A program made the position numbers and the translations under genes. Shown in pieces: positions 10,958 to 21,426 of a stretch of 64,000 bases of DNA (the first letter of the stretch is position 1; every line of letters begins with the position of its first letter). This DNA is from Acinetobacter phage vB_AbaSt_W16, in sequence record PP174317.1, one strand, 5' to 3'. The notes under the pieces were generated by a model. That model was not told where the DNA came from. It saw only the letters and a list, made by a program, of their open reading frames with translations, and did no database searches.

Positions 10958-11671
10958 ATGGCAGATTTAAAAGCCGGTACAACGATTGGCGGGACACTCG
11001 TTTGGACTCAGGGTAATTTCCCATTATTCCCGACAGGTAATACACTTTTATATAAAACATATAAAATATATTCTGAAAATGATAAACCTCAAGCTGATGA
11101 TAATGACTTTGTATCAAAGGCCCAAGGAGGTACTTATAACTCGACAGTCGTTTTTAATAAAAATATTGTTTTACGAGCTGCCGGCGGCACATCAGGCAAT
11201 TTGACATCTATTAATCTTTATGGAGGCCTTGGCGATGGTGCTATGCCAACATATGGCTTTTATGTCGGAAGTACGGTTGATGAGTCAAACGGAAACCACG
11301 GCTCTGTAGTAGGTAACTGGGCCGTTTATAATGTTGCTGCTAATGGCGGATGGATTTTTAGAACACAGTCAAGGAACGTGGCGTCTATTAACACTGATGG
11401 TACAGGCACATTCAACGCAGTTAACATTGACTTAAATCCTACTATAGCGTCACATGCTACACGCAAAGACTACGTTGACAATTTAATAAATACCGTTACG
11501 GATAACGCAAATAGTAAAGTTTCTAAGACAAATCCTAATGGCGATACAATGGTAGGCCCATTAACTGCTCCAAACTTTATTTCAACAAAGGTCGCTACTG
11601 CGCCAGCACAAGTTCCTCAATTAGGACAAGTTGTTCAACGGGGCGTAATTCTAGATTATGGAACATTTTAA
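10958..11671 (+). CDS. 36: long tail fibre distal connector gp36
   Basis: MADLKAGTTIGGTLVWTQGNFPL..YK.YKIYSENDKPQADDNDFVSKAQGGTY is almost identical to the T4 gp36 N-terminus; RKDYVD..INTVT.NANS.V is also shared. Confidence 0.9.
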   Translation: MADLKAGTTIGGTLVWTQGNFPLFPTGNTLLYKTYKIYSENDKPQADDNDFVSKAQGGTYNSTVVFNKNIVLRAAGGTSGNLTSINLYGGLGDGAMPTYGFYVGSTVDESNGNHGSVVGNWAVYNVAANGGWIFRTQSRNVASINTDGTGTFNAVNIDLNPTIASHATRKDYVDNLINTVTDNANSKVSKTNPNGDTMVGPLTAPNFISTKVATAPAQVPQLGQVVQRGVILDYGTF

Positions 11672-11683
11672 GGAAATTATCAG

Positions 11684-14600
11684 ATGGCATTAGATCCAAA
11701 TATTAACAGAATTAAATTTTTACGATCTTCTACTGCTGGAGCTAAACCTACTACTGCAGCGATTCAACCAGGCGAAATTGCTATCAATTTGGCAGATAGA
11801 ACTCTTTACTCAACCGATGGTAATGCTATTATTGATATCGGTTTTGGTTTGGGTGGAAGTGTCAATGGGCCAATAAATGCAACAGGGCAAATTAGTACCA
11901 ATGACTTTTTATATTCAAAGTATGGATTTTCTGTAAATTCAGAAACTGCAGATGGACGCGGTATTTCATTATATGGCAATGGATATACCGCATCAAACGG
12001 TCTGCCATCATATGGTCTTGCGATGGCTGCTACAAGTAAATACGGTACATTTGGTGCTGTGTCAGGTTCGCACGCAACTTACCTTACTACAAACTCAGGT
12101 ACTGACCGTGGTTGGATTTTTAACTATAACGGAACTACCAATGTAGCTTCAATTTCGGGAACCGGCATTGCGACATTTGCACGTGTAGATGCTCCGTTAA
12201 ACGGTAATGCTAATACAGCAACTAAACTTCAATCAGCTAGAAACATTAATGGCGTGTTGTTTGACGGCACATCGGATATTAATACACCAGCTATCACTGA
12301 CGTCGTTTCATTTGATAATAGAACTGTTAAACCTTCTGATGTTAGAAATAAAGCCATGGGTGTTTATTTTACTTCAAAGGCAGGTTTAAATGGCGCGGCT
12401 GATACCAATTATGGTGATTTTTTATCTCTAAGCACCTATCAAGATGGCTCCGGAGGAAAGGTAAACGGTTTATATTTCAATAAATTAACTCGAGAAATAT
12501 TACATTACCAGACAGATTTAAATTCAAATTCGTGGGGAACTCCGAAAACGATTGCGTATACAGATAGTTCTATTACCGGTAATGCTGCATCAGCAACACG
12601 CTTACAGACAGCAAGAACTATCAATGGTACTGCATTTGATGGTACTGCGAATATCAATGTCAATGCTACATATTCGGAATTTATTCCTGATGGTGCGAAT
12701 TTAAATGATTATAAAACTCCAGGGCTATATTATTGTCCTACTGATGCTGGTGCAGCGACTCAATTAAATTTACCGTTTAGTAATGCGTATTCGTTGTTTG
12801 TTGAGAGACATGCTGGAATTAAACAGACTATTACCCAATATGCGACAAATAAAACTTTTATTCGTAAATTTTATAATGGTTATTGGGATAATTGGCGTCA
12901 ATTAGCTTTCTTAGACCCAAGTGATCAGAAATTTACAGAAAATATCACTTTGGAAAAAGCTTCTTCTGACGTAGCAATCAACATTAAAACTACTACTGAT
13001 AATACTTCTGAACTTATTTTAAGCAATAGAAATAAAACAGCGTCTGTAAGTCTTGTATCAGACGGTACTTTTTTATTATGGGATTCAAATAGACAAACAT
13101 CATTCATGTCATTTACACCAGATGGTGTACAATCGACATTAAATTCTAAGTTGTTGATTAATACTCCAGCATCGCTAAATGTTACAGGCGGAGAAACATT
13201 TGCTGTTACGGGTGGAGAAAGCTCTCCGATTAGATTTAAAATTAACCGCGGTGGGGCAATCACTACTAACTCGCCTGTTACTGGTGTTTCTTCTATTCCC
13301 CATGCTATATCATTTAACTGGTATAATACAGAATGGCAAATAGGTAACGTTCGTGATGGTTCTACCGGTACCGTTGGTTTTGGTATTACTAAATTCAACG
13401 ATACGTTAGTATGGCGCCATGATGGTAATACTATGACCAACTACGGTAACATTAGTAATACAGGTTCGATCAGTACGCAAGGAAATATTTCATCTAATGG
13501 TAACTTAAGTACTGCAGGTTCAATCAGCGGAGATAGTTTAATCACTAGAACTGGTCGTATCGGTGCGCCAACATCTACGTATCACTATCTCGATATCGGT
13601 AGAGATGGTACAGATATTACTACAGTCGGTCAATATGGAGGTGCATTTAGAGTTGTTGATACAGCTATCGGCAAAAATACATTCAGTGTTGACGCAAATA
13701 CAGCTATTTTCGCTGGAAGAATTGTCACAAAGCCTGGTGCATTTTATCAAAATATAACAGACTTGGGTAATGCGACTGCAGCTATTACAGTTCCAGATGT
13801 AGTGGCTCCACAAAATACTACAGGATATGTTCCGTTCATTCATGGATCAGTTCAAACGAATGGCTCTGGCTATAGAACTAACGTATCTATTGGTGCTTTG
13901 AGAGGTTCTAATACTTGGTCATCTTCGGGTGCTTATATCGCTATCGGTGGAAATGATAACTATACGACAGAAGATTTTAGATTCATGCCTGGTGGTTATA
14001 TTGGTACAAGTCGCGGTACTTTAAATATCTTAGGTACTTTAAATGCACCTACTTTAACATCTACAACTGGATCTTTCACTACCGTTAATACAACAAATAT
14101 TAACGCCCAAGGCAGTATTGTGATGAGTGCTGCGCCTGGTGGATCTGGACGAAGCGGTATGTATACAGGAAATGGTGACGGTGCGTCCTTCTCTACCTGT
14201 AATATGGATATAGGTTCTCATTGGGGCTTAGGATTCAAAGATAATTTAGGAAACAGAAATATTTTCTTTGATACCCGTGCAGGTAATGCGTCGTTTAAAG
14301 GATCTATTAGAATCGGTGCATCTTTTGCTGATGAGACTCAATTATTACCTATGTCAAACCAACTTCAAATATTAACTTCAGGCGGACAAGCTAGAAATAT
14401 TTCGACTGGTGGTGTATTGGCTTCTGATACTTACGCCGATGCTAGTAAAGTTCCTGTAAACGGCATCTACTCAAAAGGTGATATTAAAACATCTACATGG
14501 GTATATGCATCTAAATTCACTGGTCCTACTGGATCAGGTGATGGTATGTTTGACGGTAATGCCAATACAGCTACTAAACTACAAACTGCTAGAACTATCG

Positions 14601-15535
14601 GTGGTGTGTCTTTTGATGGTTCTGCAAACATCAACTTACCTGGTGTGAATATCACCGGTAACCAAAATACAACTGGTAATGCAGCTTCTGCAACTTGTTT
14701 GCAAACTGCAAGAACTTTCCAAATTACTGGTGGCATCACAACAAATGCAGTATCATTTGACGGACAACAAAACGTTACATTGACCGCATCTAATGTCGAT
14801 GGTTCAAAAGTTACAGGCAAAGTTCCTGCAGCCGCACAAGCCGATAATGCAACAAATGCTACTAAGGCAAACACATTAGATATTGCAGGACAAAAGGAGG
14901 CCAAATTAGTTGCGACTTGGACTGGTGGAGTTTATGTTGGATATTCACAGACAGCAAAATATTATTCACCTACTCAAATTCAGATTGAACTTGGCTCGGG
15001 TACAGTAGTACAAGATCGAATTTCCCAAATTAAAGTAGGATCTTTATTACATGGTGTGTTTGCTGGTTCTACCGGGTGGTCTAATGGATTGTCTACCGGA
15101 AGAATAATACAAGTAACAACTAATCGAGTATCCGGTGTTATTGATGCTATTGTTGAAATTCCTCATTCTATTAGCCCGGGTAATGTGACTTCGTTTAATG
15201 TTTTAGCTGTGACATATAACTCATCTAATTGTAGTTTTATTGGTAATATTGCAGCATACGCCAAACAAGACCTAGGAGCAAATTCAGGTTGGTCTTGGTT
15301 ATTACGTACATCTACTGCTATAAACAATCCATCTGTGTCAATAAGTACCTCTGGTGATACTGCAACTATAGATGCTCGCCTTGATTTAGGTTGGTTCTTA
15401 TCAGGTAAAAATCCAACAGCTGGTTCTGCAACTATGATTAACTCGAACACATGTAATTTTATTGTGTCAGATAATAATACTGATACCGCATCAAGTTGTG
15501 GTTATATATCAATACAAATTTGGGATGTTGTATAA
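11684..15535 (+). CDS. 37: long tail fibre distal subunit gp37 (receptor-binding, extended)
   Basis: 1283 aa; the N-terminus (I.F.RS..AG..P......GEIAINL.DRT...D..GNIID.GF) matches T4 gp37. There are four internal copies of an ATKLQTARxIxGxxFDGxANIN fibre repeat. No gene 38 follows. Confidence 0.9.
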   Translation: MALDPNINRIKFLRSSTAGAKPTTAAIQPGEIAINLADRTLYSTDGNAIIDIGFGLGGSVNGPINATGQISTNDFLYSKYGFSVNSETADGRGISLYGNGYTASNGLPSYGLAMAATSKYGTFGAVSGSHATYLTTNSGTDRGWIFNYNGTTNVASISGTGIATFARVDAPLNGNANTATKLQSARNINGVLFDGTSDINTPAITDVVSFDNRTVKPSDVRNKAMGVYFTSKAGLNGAADTNYGDFLSLSTYQDGSGGKVNGLYFNKLTREILHYQTDLNSNSWGTPKTIAYTDSSITGNAASATRLQTARTINGTAFDGTANINVNATYSEFIPDGANLNDYKTPGLYYCPTDAGAATQLNLPFSNAYSLFVERHAGIKQTITQYATNKTFIRKFYNGYWDNWRQLAFLDPSDQKFTENITLEKASSDVAINIKTTTDNTSELILSNRNKTASVSLVSDGTFLLWDSNRQTSFMSFTPDGVQSTLNSKLLINTPASLNVTGGETFAVTGGESSPIRFKINRGGAITTNSPVTGVSSIPHAISFNWYNTEWQIGNVRDGSTGTVGFGITKFNDTLVWRHDGNTMTNYGNISNTGSISTQGNISSNGNLSTAGSISGDSLITRTGRIGAPTSTYHYLDIGRDGTDITTVGQYGGAFRVVDTAIGKNTFSVDANTAIFAGRIVTKPGAFYQNITDLGNATAAITVPDVVAPQNTTGYVPFIHGSVQTNGSGYRTNVSIGALRGSNTWSSSGAYIAIGGNDNYTTEDFRFMPGGYIGTSRGTLNILGTLNAPTLTSTTGSFTTVNTTNINAQGSIVMSAAPGGSGRSGMYTGNGDGASFSTCNMDIGSHWGLGFKDNLGNRNIFFDTRAGNASFKGSIRIGASFADETQLLPMSNQLQILTSGGQARNISTGGVLASDTYADASKVPVNGIYSKGDIKTSTWVYASKFTGPTGSGDGMFDGNANTATKLQTARTIGGVSFDGSANINLPGVNITGNQNTTGNAASATCLQTARTFQITGGITTNAVSFDGQQNVTLTASNVDGSKVTGKVPAAAQADNATNATKANTLDIAGQKEAKLVATWTGGVYVGYSQTAKYYSPTQIQIELGSGTVVQDRISQIKVGSLLHGVFAGSTGWSNGLSTGRIIQVTTNRVSGVIDAIVEIPHSISPGNVTSFNVLAVTYNSSNCSFIGNIAAYAKQDLGANSGWSWLLRTSTAINNPSVSISTSGDTATIDARLDLGWFLSGKNPTAGSATMINSNTCNFIVSDNNTDTASSCGYISIQIWDVV

Positions 15536-15548
15536 TTCAAAACACCGA

Positions 15549-15576
15549 AAACAGGAGCCATAAGGCTCCTGTTTTC
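15549..15576 (+). terminator. rho-independent terminator after gene 37
   Basis: aaacaggagcc-ataa-ggctcctgtttt hairpin followed by a T-run. Confidence 0.65.
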
Positions 15577-15577
15577 A

Positions 15578-15585
15578 TATAAATA
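15578..15585 (+). promoter_or_regulatory. late promoter TATAAATA upstream of holin t
   Basis: Exact TATAAATA between the terminator and gene t. Confidence 0.5.
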
Positions 15586-15612
15586 TCTCTATTAAATCAT
15601 AAATGACTAACT

Positions 15613-16344
15613 ATGAACACTTCAATCAAAGACCAACAACCCTCAGCACAGGCTGAAGATAGCACACTTACACCTGAAAAAAATGGAAATGCTTCACATC
15701 GTAGCTCTCTACCAGTGTTTGATTTTATATTTGGCTTATTGAATATACTATTCAAGGATGGAGCAACAGGAAAACTTCTCGCATCTCGAGTAGCAGCCCT
15801 TTTTGCAGTGTTTATCATGATAATGATTTGGGTGAAAGCTGATGCTATAGGAAAATTATACGTAGAGGCGTCATATGAATCATATGCGCATGCATTGCAA
15901 GTAGAACGTAACAAAAGATTTGATTTAACTATACAAGAACAAATCCAAAGCGTTCATGTCGCAACGGGTTCTGATTTTTCTGGTGTTTACGTATTTCGTC
16001 CAAAAAATTTAAATTATTTTGTTGACTTAGAAGTATATGAAGGGAAAATACCAGAATCGGTCGATCCTAAAAATTTAGGTGGATTTCCTGTAGATAAAAC
16101 ATCTAATGAATATATGGCACATCTTGCCGGTCGATCATTTGATTCTGAGACTGAATTTGCATATTTACCTAGTACAGAAGATAATAAAGGCCTTGCATAC
16201 ATGTATTCGTGTCCATATTTTAATTTGGATAATATCTATTCTGGTTCTGTTGCGATGTACTGGTATGGTAAACCCCATATAACAAAAAAGCGACTTGAAT
16301 CAATTTGTAATCAAGCCGCTCGTGCGATAGGTAGAACTCGTTAA
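15613..16344 (+). CDS. t: holin (T4 T-type)
   Basis: LFKD.ATGK.LASRVA, RPKNLNYFVD..YEGK.P, GG.PVDKT, YMYSCPYFNLDNIY.G...MYWY and RLESIC.QAAR are colinear with T4 holin T. Confidence 0.9.
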   Translation: MNTSIKDQQPSAQAEDSTLTPEKNGNASHRSSLPVFDFIFGLLNILFKDGATGKLLASRVAALFAVFIMIMIWVKADAIGKLYVEASYESYAHALQVERNKRFDLTIQEQIQSVHVATGSDFSGVYVFRPKNLNYFVDLEVYEGKIPESVDPKNLGGFPVDKTSNEYMAHLAGRSFDSETEFAYLPSTEDNKGLAYMYSCPYFNLDNIYSGSVAMYWYGKPHITKKRLESICNQAARAIGRTR

Positions 16345-16619
16345 GCTAACTTAGCCGAGTTCATTACCATTGTTAATTTTCTATAAATCGGTTCATGACC
16401 AGAAAGAAATTCTTCGATAAGAGCTTCTTTCTGACGATTTGTAATATCTTGAGTTAAATTCCAAAGTGACGTAGCAGTCACTTTTTTATTACCAATAGTA
16501 ATCCCAAGTTCATTTAAGAATGCAATGAATAACGCTTTATTTTCTAAAATATCATCATGACCAAATTTAATTAAGATTGATGCTACTGCGATAATTTCTT
16601 GTAAAGTTTCAAACAACAT
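16341..16619 (-). CDS. asiA: anti-sigma70 factor AsiA
   Basis: ETLQEIIAVASILIKFGHDDILENKALFIAFLNELGIT matches T4 AsiA (REIITVASILIKFSREDIVENRANFIAFLNEIGVT). The start is probably the internal Met; the track ORF extends to 16661. Confidence 0.85.
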   Translation of the reverse strand: MLFETLQEIIAVASILIKFGHDDILENKALFIAFLNELGITIGNKKVTATSLWNLTQDITNRQKEALIEEFLSGHEPIYRKLTMVMNSAKLA

Positions 16620-16632
16620 GATATTTCTCCAA

Positions 16633-17256
16633 TTAAGCTTTAATATATTTGATAACGGCATTTACTAAAATTTCAAGATTTTCCATTGTGCGTGGTAAAT
16701 CCATATAGGTTACGGTTGGAGTTACTTTATGAACTACCATACCGATAGTTTTAAAATATTCAACTTGACCCTCTTCAGGTTTACGAATACTAATTCGTAA
16801 TAAGTCTGCATTGCGGATTTCAATACTTGCAATACCCTTTAAACGCTTTGTGAAATGTACAAATAAATTACTACGATCTTCTGTATAATCAGGTTTCGTA
16901 TCAATATTATTTTCTAACATTGCAAATGTGCGTGATACCATTTCTAACATTTCATCATTAATTTTTCGCTTAACTGTACCACGTTGTTTAATGTTTAAAT
17001 CAATATTTTCGCCTTTAATCCACAATTCTGCTGCAAGTTCAATTAATTCTTGACCTTCAGGTGAGATTGTAATTTTATCTGCAGACTCATTAATATAACC
17101 ATATTCAATTAATTGATCTATAATAACCGGAACAAATTCAATACGTTTAACGTATGTTTTATTGTAAAGATCTTCTAACAATTCAAGACCTTCAGACCAA
17201 GGCGTTTGTTTATGAAGTTGTTCAGCGGCTAATTGATAATATTCAATCTTATTCAT
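16633..17256 (-). CDS. motA: middle-transcription activator MotA-like
   Basis: 207 aa against 211 in T4 MotA, the same position next to asiA and gene 52, and a weak C-terminal match (IEIRNADLLRISIRK against FEINNNGNMRIFGYK). Confidence 0.5.
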   Translation of the reverse strand: MNKIEYYQLAAEQLHKQTPWSEGLELLEDLYNKTYVKRIEFVPVIIDQLIEYGYINESADKITISPEGQELIELAAELWIKGENIDLNIKQRGTVKRKINDEMLEMVSRTFAMLENNIDTKPDYTEDRSNLFVHFTKRLKGIASIEIRNADLLRISIRKPEEGQVEYFKTIGMVVHKVTPTVTYMDLPRTMENLEILVNAVIKYIKA

Positions 17257-17326
17257 AATTTAAAATAACTCACATTTCATTTGTTAAGGGTATATTAACA
17301 ATTATCCCTTATTTTGTACAATTAAG

Positions 17327-17348
17327 AGGGGCCATTTTAGGCCCCTTT
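17327..17348. terminator. hairpin terminator downstream of gene 52
   Basis: gaggggcc-atttta-ggcccctt GC hairpin just 3' of the gene 52 stop. Confidence 0.45.
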
Positions 17349-17352
17349 TTAA

Positions 17353-18699
17353 TCAAACGAGGCGTTCTAATGCATCAAGGTCTAATTTATATTCAGTTTG
17401 AGCAGTTGTGGTCTGCCAATACTCTAAATCTTTTTTAGCTTCATGTGCACGAGCTTTTAAGTTTTCAATTTCATCATCTGTCATATGATAGATGTTCATT
17501 GATACTAATTGATCTTCAAAACCAACAAACGGCTGATAAGTAGACAATTCGTCCTTAAGGGCCGCTTTAGTTTTACCCTTAATAACAATATTTCCACTAT
17601 TAACTTCTTTAATGAAAAGTGCTTTTGCCAATGCAAGTTTAAAAGTATGTTCACTTTTAACTTTCATATAGTCAATACGTTTATCAACATATGTTAAGCG
17701 AGCTTTAACAAATGCATTAATTAGTTCCGATGCATTTTCAAATTTATCGTTTAAGCGACCTTTATCATCAATAACTACAATATTTTGTGAGACCTTTTCA
17801 ATTAATTTAAAGTCTGACATAATTTTTGCATGTTTTGCTGCTTCGTCTTCTGGGAATCGATAATCTTTACGGAATTTAATTTTAAATCCAAATCCTGCTT
17901 TAGAGCAGTCATCTTCGTATGTAATTAAGCCTTTATCTTCAAGATCATCTAAAACCTTTTCAACATATTTTGCACGATCAAATGAATATGGAATTTCCGT
18001 AATATGCATTTGGGTTCGAGATGTAAAAGTGTATTTTCCATGCAATTCATATTTGCCCGGCTCATCAAGTTTAATCACTTCTCCTTTAAATTGAGGGAAT
18101 GACACTAATGGTTCTTTGTCAAGCTTACCCTCAAGCGCCAATCGAGTACATTCTAATACACTTGCAAAACTATGAGGTAAAATATTTGTTGCATATCCTG
18201 TAGCAATACCCTTAACACCATTTAATAATACTGTAGGTACTACCGGCAAATAAAAACGAGGAGGTAAATGCTCTTCATCTGGATGCTTCGGTGCAATTTC
18301 AATATCTTTATAAACCTTTCTAAAGTTTTCAGAGATACGACAAAATACATAACGAGATGCAGCAGCTTCTTGTACAAGACGCGAACCAAAGTTACCTTGA
18401 CCGTCTAAGAATGGCAAATTATTATTCCAAGTATTTGCCATTAATGCCCCTGCTTCTTGTGCGGATACTTCACCATGATGGTATCCAGCATCGGCCACGC
18501 CGCCTGCAACAGACGCTAATTTATGAAATTTTGCATGATTGCCTTTAGACATTTCTAAAGCACGATAAATCATAAAACGTTGAACGGGTTTAAACCCATC
18601 CATCATATTAGGAATTGCACGGTTTTCAACTGTATATAAAGCATACCCTTTAGCTTCATTATTAATAATATCAACTAAATCACGATTGATATTCTGCAT
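17353..18699 (-). CDS. 52: DNA topoisomerase II medium subunit gp52 (GyrA-like)
   Basis: YTVENRAIPNMMDGFKPVQRF, HKLASVAGGVADAGYHHGE.SAQ.AGALMANTWNNN.P.LDGQGNFGSR and TGYAT.ILPHS are near-identical to T4 gp52. Confidence 0.95.
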   Translation of the reverse strand: MQNINRDLVDIINNEAKGYALYTVENRAIPNMMDGFKPVQRFMIYRALEMSKGNHAKFHKLASVAGGVADAGYHHGEVSAQEAGALMANTWNNNLPFLDGQGNFGSRLVQEAAASRYVFCRISENFRKVYKDIEIAPKHPDEEHLPPRFYLPVVPTVLLNGVKGIATGYATNILPHSFASVLECTRLALEGKLDKEPLVSFPQFKGEVIKLDEPGKYELHGKYTFTSRTQMHITEIPYSFDRAKYVEKVLDDLEDKGLITYEDDCSKAGFGFKIKFRKDYRFPEDEAAKHAKIMSDFKLIEKVSQNIVVIDDKGRLNDKFENASELINAFVKARLTYVDKRIDYMKVKSEHTFKLALAKALFIKEVNSGNIVIKGKTKAALKDELSTYQPFVGFEDQLVSMNIYHMTDDEIENLKARAHEAKKDLEYWQTTTAQTEYKLDLDALERLV

Positions 18700-18732
18700 A
18701 TTAACTCCTCTATAATTTTAAATACACAATTA

Positions 18733-18924
18733 TTACTTAATTAATTTAAAACAAATAATAATTGTAATAACTGAAGTGATTGCGAGTTTAACCAAATAAA
18801 TTGGGTCACTAAAATTAACAACTTGCATTGTTTTATGTATAGTAGCATATACAAACAATAACACTAAAGCTAAAAGTTGATTAGTACTCATTTGACATAT
18901 ACCCCTTAGTATTTTTGTGCCCAA
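18733..18924 (-). CDS. small hydrophobic protein
   Basis: 63 aa with two predicted TM helices. Confidence 0.3.
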   Translation of the reverse strand: MGTKILRGICQMSTNQLLALVLLFVYATIHKTMQVVNFSDPIYLVKLAITSVITIIICFKLIK

Positions 18925-19385
18925 AATTTAAAGTTATCATTTAACATACGATTCTGTTCTTCCAAATTTTGGAAATCATCAGAGTATTGCGCTGTAAATG
19001 CCAAAGCAAGTTTACCTTTACCAAACCCATTTGTTAAAACTTTTAATTTATCAAGACTTACAAAATAAATGTCAAATGCTTCAAGTGTAGAACATAATGC
19101 CTCACCGGTTTTTGTACGTCGACGACGAATTTGTGAAACAATATTACGAAGACCCGATTTTGTGCGTTGACGTCCTACATAAAAACGAGCGTATACTTCA
19201 CCTCGCTTAACATGTACAAAGAAATAAAACCCTGGAGCATTTAAATTTGACACTGGCGGTTCATCGGTAAAAGGCTCATATAAATTACCTTTAGCCGTTA
19301 AACGCGCGATATGTTGTGCCTTTGCCAATTTTAAATCTTTTAGATACATGTGGCTACGAGTTGTGTTCAATTTCGATTTTTTCAT
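18906..19385 (-). CDS. hypothetical protein
   Basis: 159-aa basic protein at the T4 stp/ndd position; no recognisable motif. Confidence 0.4.
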   Translation of the reverse strand: MKKSKLNTTRSHMYLKDLKLAKAQHIARLTAKGNLYEPFTDEPPVSNLNAPGFYFFVHVKRGEVYARFYVGRQRTKSGLRNIVSQIRRRRTKTGEALCSTLEAFDIYFVSLDKLKVLTNGFGKGKLALAFTAQYSDDFQNLEEQNRMLNDNFKFWAQKY

Positions 19386-19433
19386 ATCATTAACCTTTGT
19401 TTGATGATGAGATTATTTTAACACCATTTAATA

Positions 19434-20057
19434 TTAATGTAAACCCTTATAAAAGAAATAATTTGAATTATTTTCAGAGGGTCGTTGCCTATCATTAATA
19501 TAATATCCGGTAAAATTGGATTTTTGAACAACTTCTTTTAAGCCTTCTTGATTTGCAATTAAAAAGGGTTCAAATGTCCATACACTTCTATGCAATTCTG
19601 TTGTTTTAAAAATAACAATTATATCTGGAATACCTGTAGTTAAAAATGGTTTTATATTAAGGCCAGTTGACCCAGGATATAAACCAGATTGGCCTGTATT
19701 TACGGATACCCATTTAGCACCAGATTGTTGTGTTTTAACTTCAATTCTCATACCGTAATATTCGGGTCCTGCTAACACATCAAATGCATACGTCCATGGA
19801 TCATTAATATTAACGTTCTCATCATTAATGCAATGTCCTTTCATGTGTTGTGCGATATATTGTTCAGCAAGCTGTGCAATAACACATCTTTGTAAAACAG
19901 ATTCAGTATCAGTTTCACCATTATATTCTAGGGCATGTTTGGTTGTATCAATAACCTTTTGTTTAGATTCAGGTGTTAGATCGCTAACGCCTAATGTAAT
20001 AGGTTTTAATGTAGTTAAATGTATCCACGCCTTATTTTCTTGCATCTTTATCTCCAA
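19434..20057 (-). CDS. hypothetical protein
   Basis: 207 aa of unknown function. Confidence 0.4.
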   Translation of the reverse strand: MEIKMQENKAWIHLTTLKPITLGVSDLTPESKQKVIDTTKHALEYNGETDTESVLQRCVIAQLAEQYIAQHMKGHCINDENVNINDPWTYAFDVLAGPEYYGMRIEVKTQQSGAKWVSVNTGQSGLYPGSTGLNIKPFLTTGIPDIIVIFKTTELHRSVWTFEPFLIANQEGLKEVVQKSNFTGYYINDRQRPSENNSNYFFYKGLH

Positions 20058-20083
20058 TGAAAAAGGGCCCGAAGGCCCCTTTA
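20058..20083 (-). terminator. rho-independent terminator after rIIB
   Basis: aagggcc-cgaa-ggcccctt hairpin preceded by an A-run on the plus strand. Confidence 0.55.
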
Positions 20084-20088
20084 TTTAA

Positions 20089-21426
20089 TTACATTTTAAC
20101 TTCATCTAATACAGTATATTCGCAGGTTCTCATCTTGGCGTTAGAATAATCTACTGGAATAGATACAACATCTTTTGGATGTACTTTAACACGTACAACT
20201 TTATTACCAGGTGTAGTACCATAATGATCCAAATAAGATTTTGAACATACATGTAGACCAGCTGAGCATGTTTGGTTATCATCTGAATTAACTAGGCCAC
20301 GCACCATTTTTAAGGTTTTACCCGGAGAGTTATCCATTGTACCAGTAAAGATATCCAAGAAATCTGAACGAACTTTCTTCCATGCAATAAAATGGCCATC
20401 TGCAGTAATTTCAATGTCATTGGCTTGTAAAAAGTCAAATAAACGCTCAATTGCGACATCGCTTGGGTTAAGCATTAAATTCTCTAAGAATGGCAAGAAG
20501 AACTCAAAATCTTCTCCTTTATTCATAGCTTCAATAATGCGACGGGTTAAACCTGATTTAATTTCAACGCCTTGATAAAATAATTGACCATTAGTAATAG
20601 TTACATTATTTTTAACATATTTTGAAACTGCATGCTCAATATTAAGAAGTTGAATAGCTTTATCAAATTCTTTTGCCACCAAAGCTTCAATTGCTTGTTT
20701 AAAATTCGGATGGCTAGAGTCAGCATTAATAGTCTTGCGACCTTCTGTAATGCTAATAAACTTATTTGATGCGGACCAAACAGGTTCAGCTTTATGCTCT
20801 TCTTTTTGTGCTTTTGCAATAGCTTGATTTGTACCCTCAATAATTGCTGCACTAAAATCTGGGCGTGCTTCAAGCTGCGCCTTTTCAATTTGCTTTTTGC
20901 TAAAATATTTGTGTAGCGTAATATGGTCTCGAATCCAAGTAGTATCTTGGCCATTATTTTCAAACTTATTACTCGGGTCATATACTACAGGTGTTTCGCC
21001 GTCATAGTCGTGAGTACGAACCACAATTTTTCCAATACGGAATTTACGCAGAACACCCATATCATGTTCATTGAAGAACCAATCACCAAAACCTTCTTTT
21101 GGATCAACGTCGTCTTCGGTTTCATCAGTAATATAAACGTCTTCACAAACAATTACACCATCCAATGGATTACCTGTAACTTCAAATGATTTTACAATAA
21201 AATCATCACGAACTTGTAAAATTGTTCCTGGCCAAGCAAGTTGTGCCACACCGTCTTTAATTTTAAACAATTTCAATGTAGCTTCAGAGCGCGGAGTTTT
21301 TAATGCACGAGTGATTGTATCAACATGGACACCAAAATCACGAGCAATTGAAACTTTAGATTGACCTGACAAGAATGCAATAATTACCGCATTAATATCT
21401 GCAATTGATAATTTACTATTTCGCAT
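20089..21426 (-). CDS. rIIB: rIIB protein
   Basis: It lies immediately downstream of rIIA; there is an N-terminal HTH-like segment (SIARDFGVHVDTITRAL); the C-terminal half resembles the conserved rIIB C-domain. Confidence 0.7.
   Translation of the reverse strand: MRNSKLSIADINAVIIAFLSGQSKVSIARDFGVHVDTITRALKTPRSEATLKLFKIKDGVAQLAWPGTILQVRDDFIVKSFEVTGNPLDGVIVCEDVYITDETEDDVDPKEGFGDWFFNEHDMGVLRKFRIGKIVVRTHDYDGETPVVYDPSNKFENNGQDTTWIRDHITLHKYFSKKQIEKAQLEARPDFSAAIIEGTNQAIAKAQKEEHKAEPVWSASNKFISITEGRKTINADSSHPNFKQAIEALVAKEFDKAIQLLNIEHAVSKYVKNNVTITNGQLFYQGVEIKSGLTRRIIEAMNKGEDFEFFLPFLENLMLNPSDVAIERLFDFLQANDIEITADGHFIAWKKVRSDFLDIFTGTMDNSPGKTLKMVRGLVNSDDNQTCSAGLHVCSKSYLDHYGTTPGNKVVRVKVHPKDVVSIPVDYSNAKMRTCEYTVLDEVKM

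Noticed and set aside
16633-17256. Confident MotA assignment
   Set aside because: Only weak C-terminal similarity could be recalled. The call is kept at moderate confidence and rests mainly on synteny (asiA-motA-52) and size.
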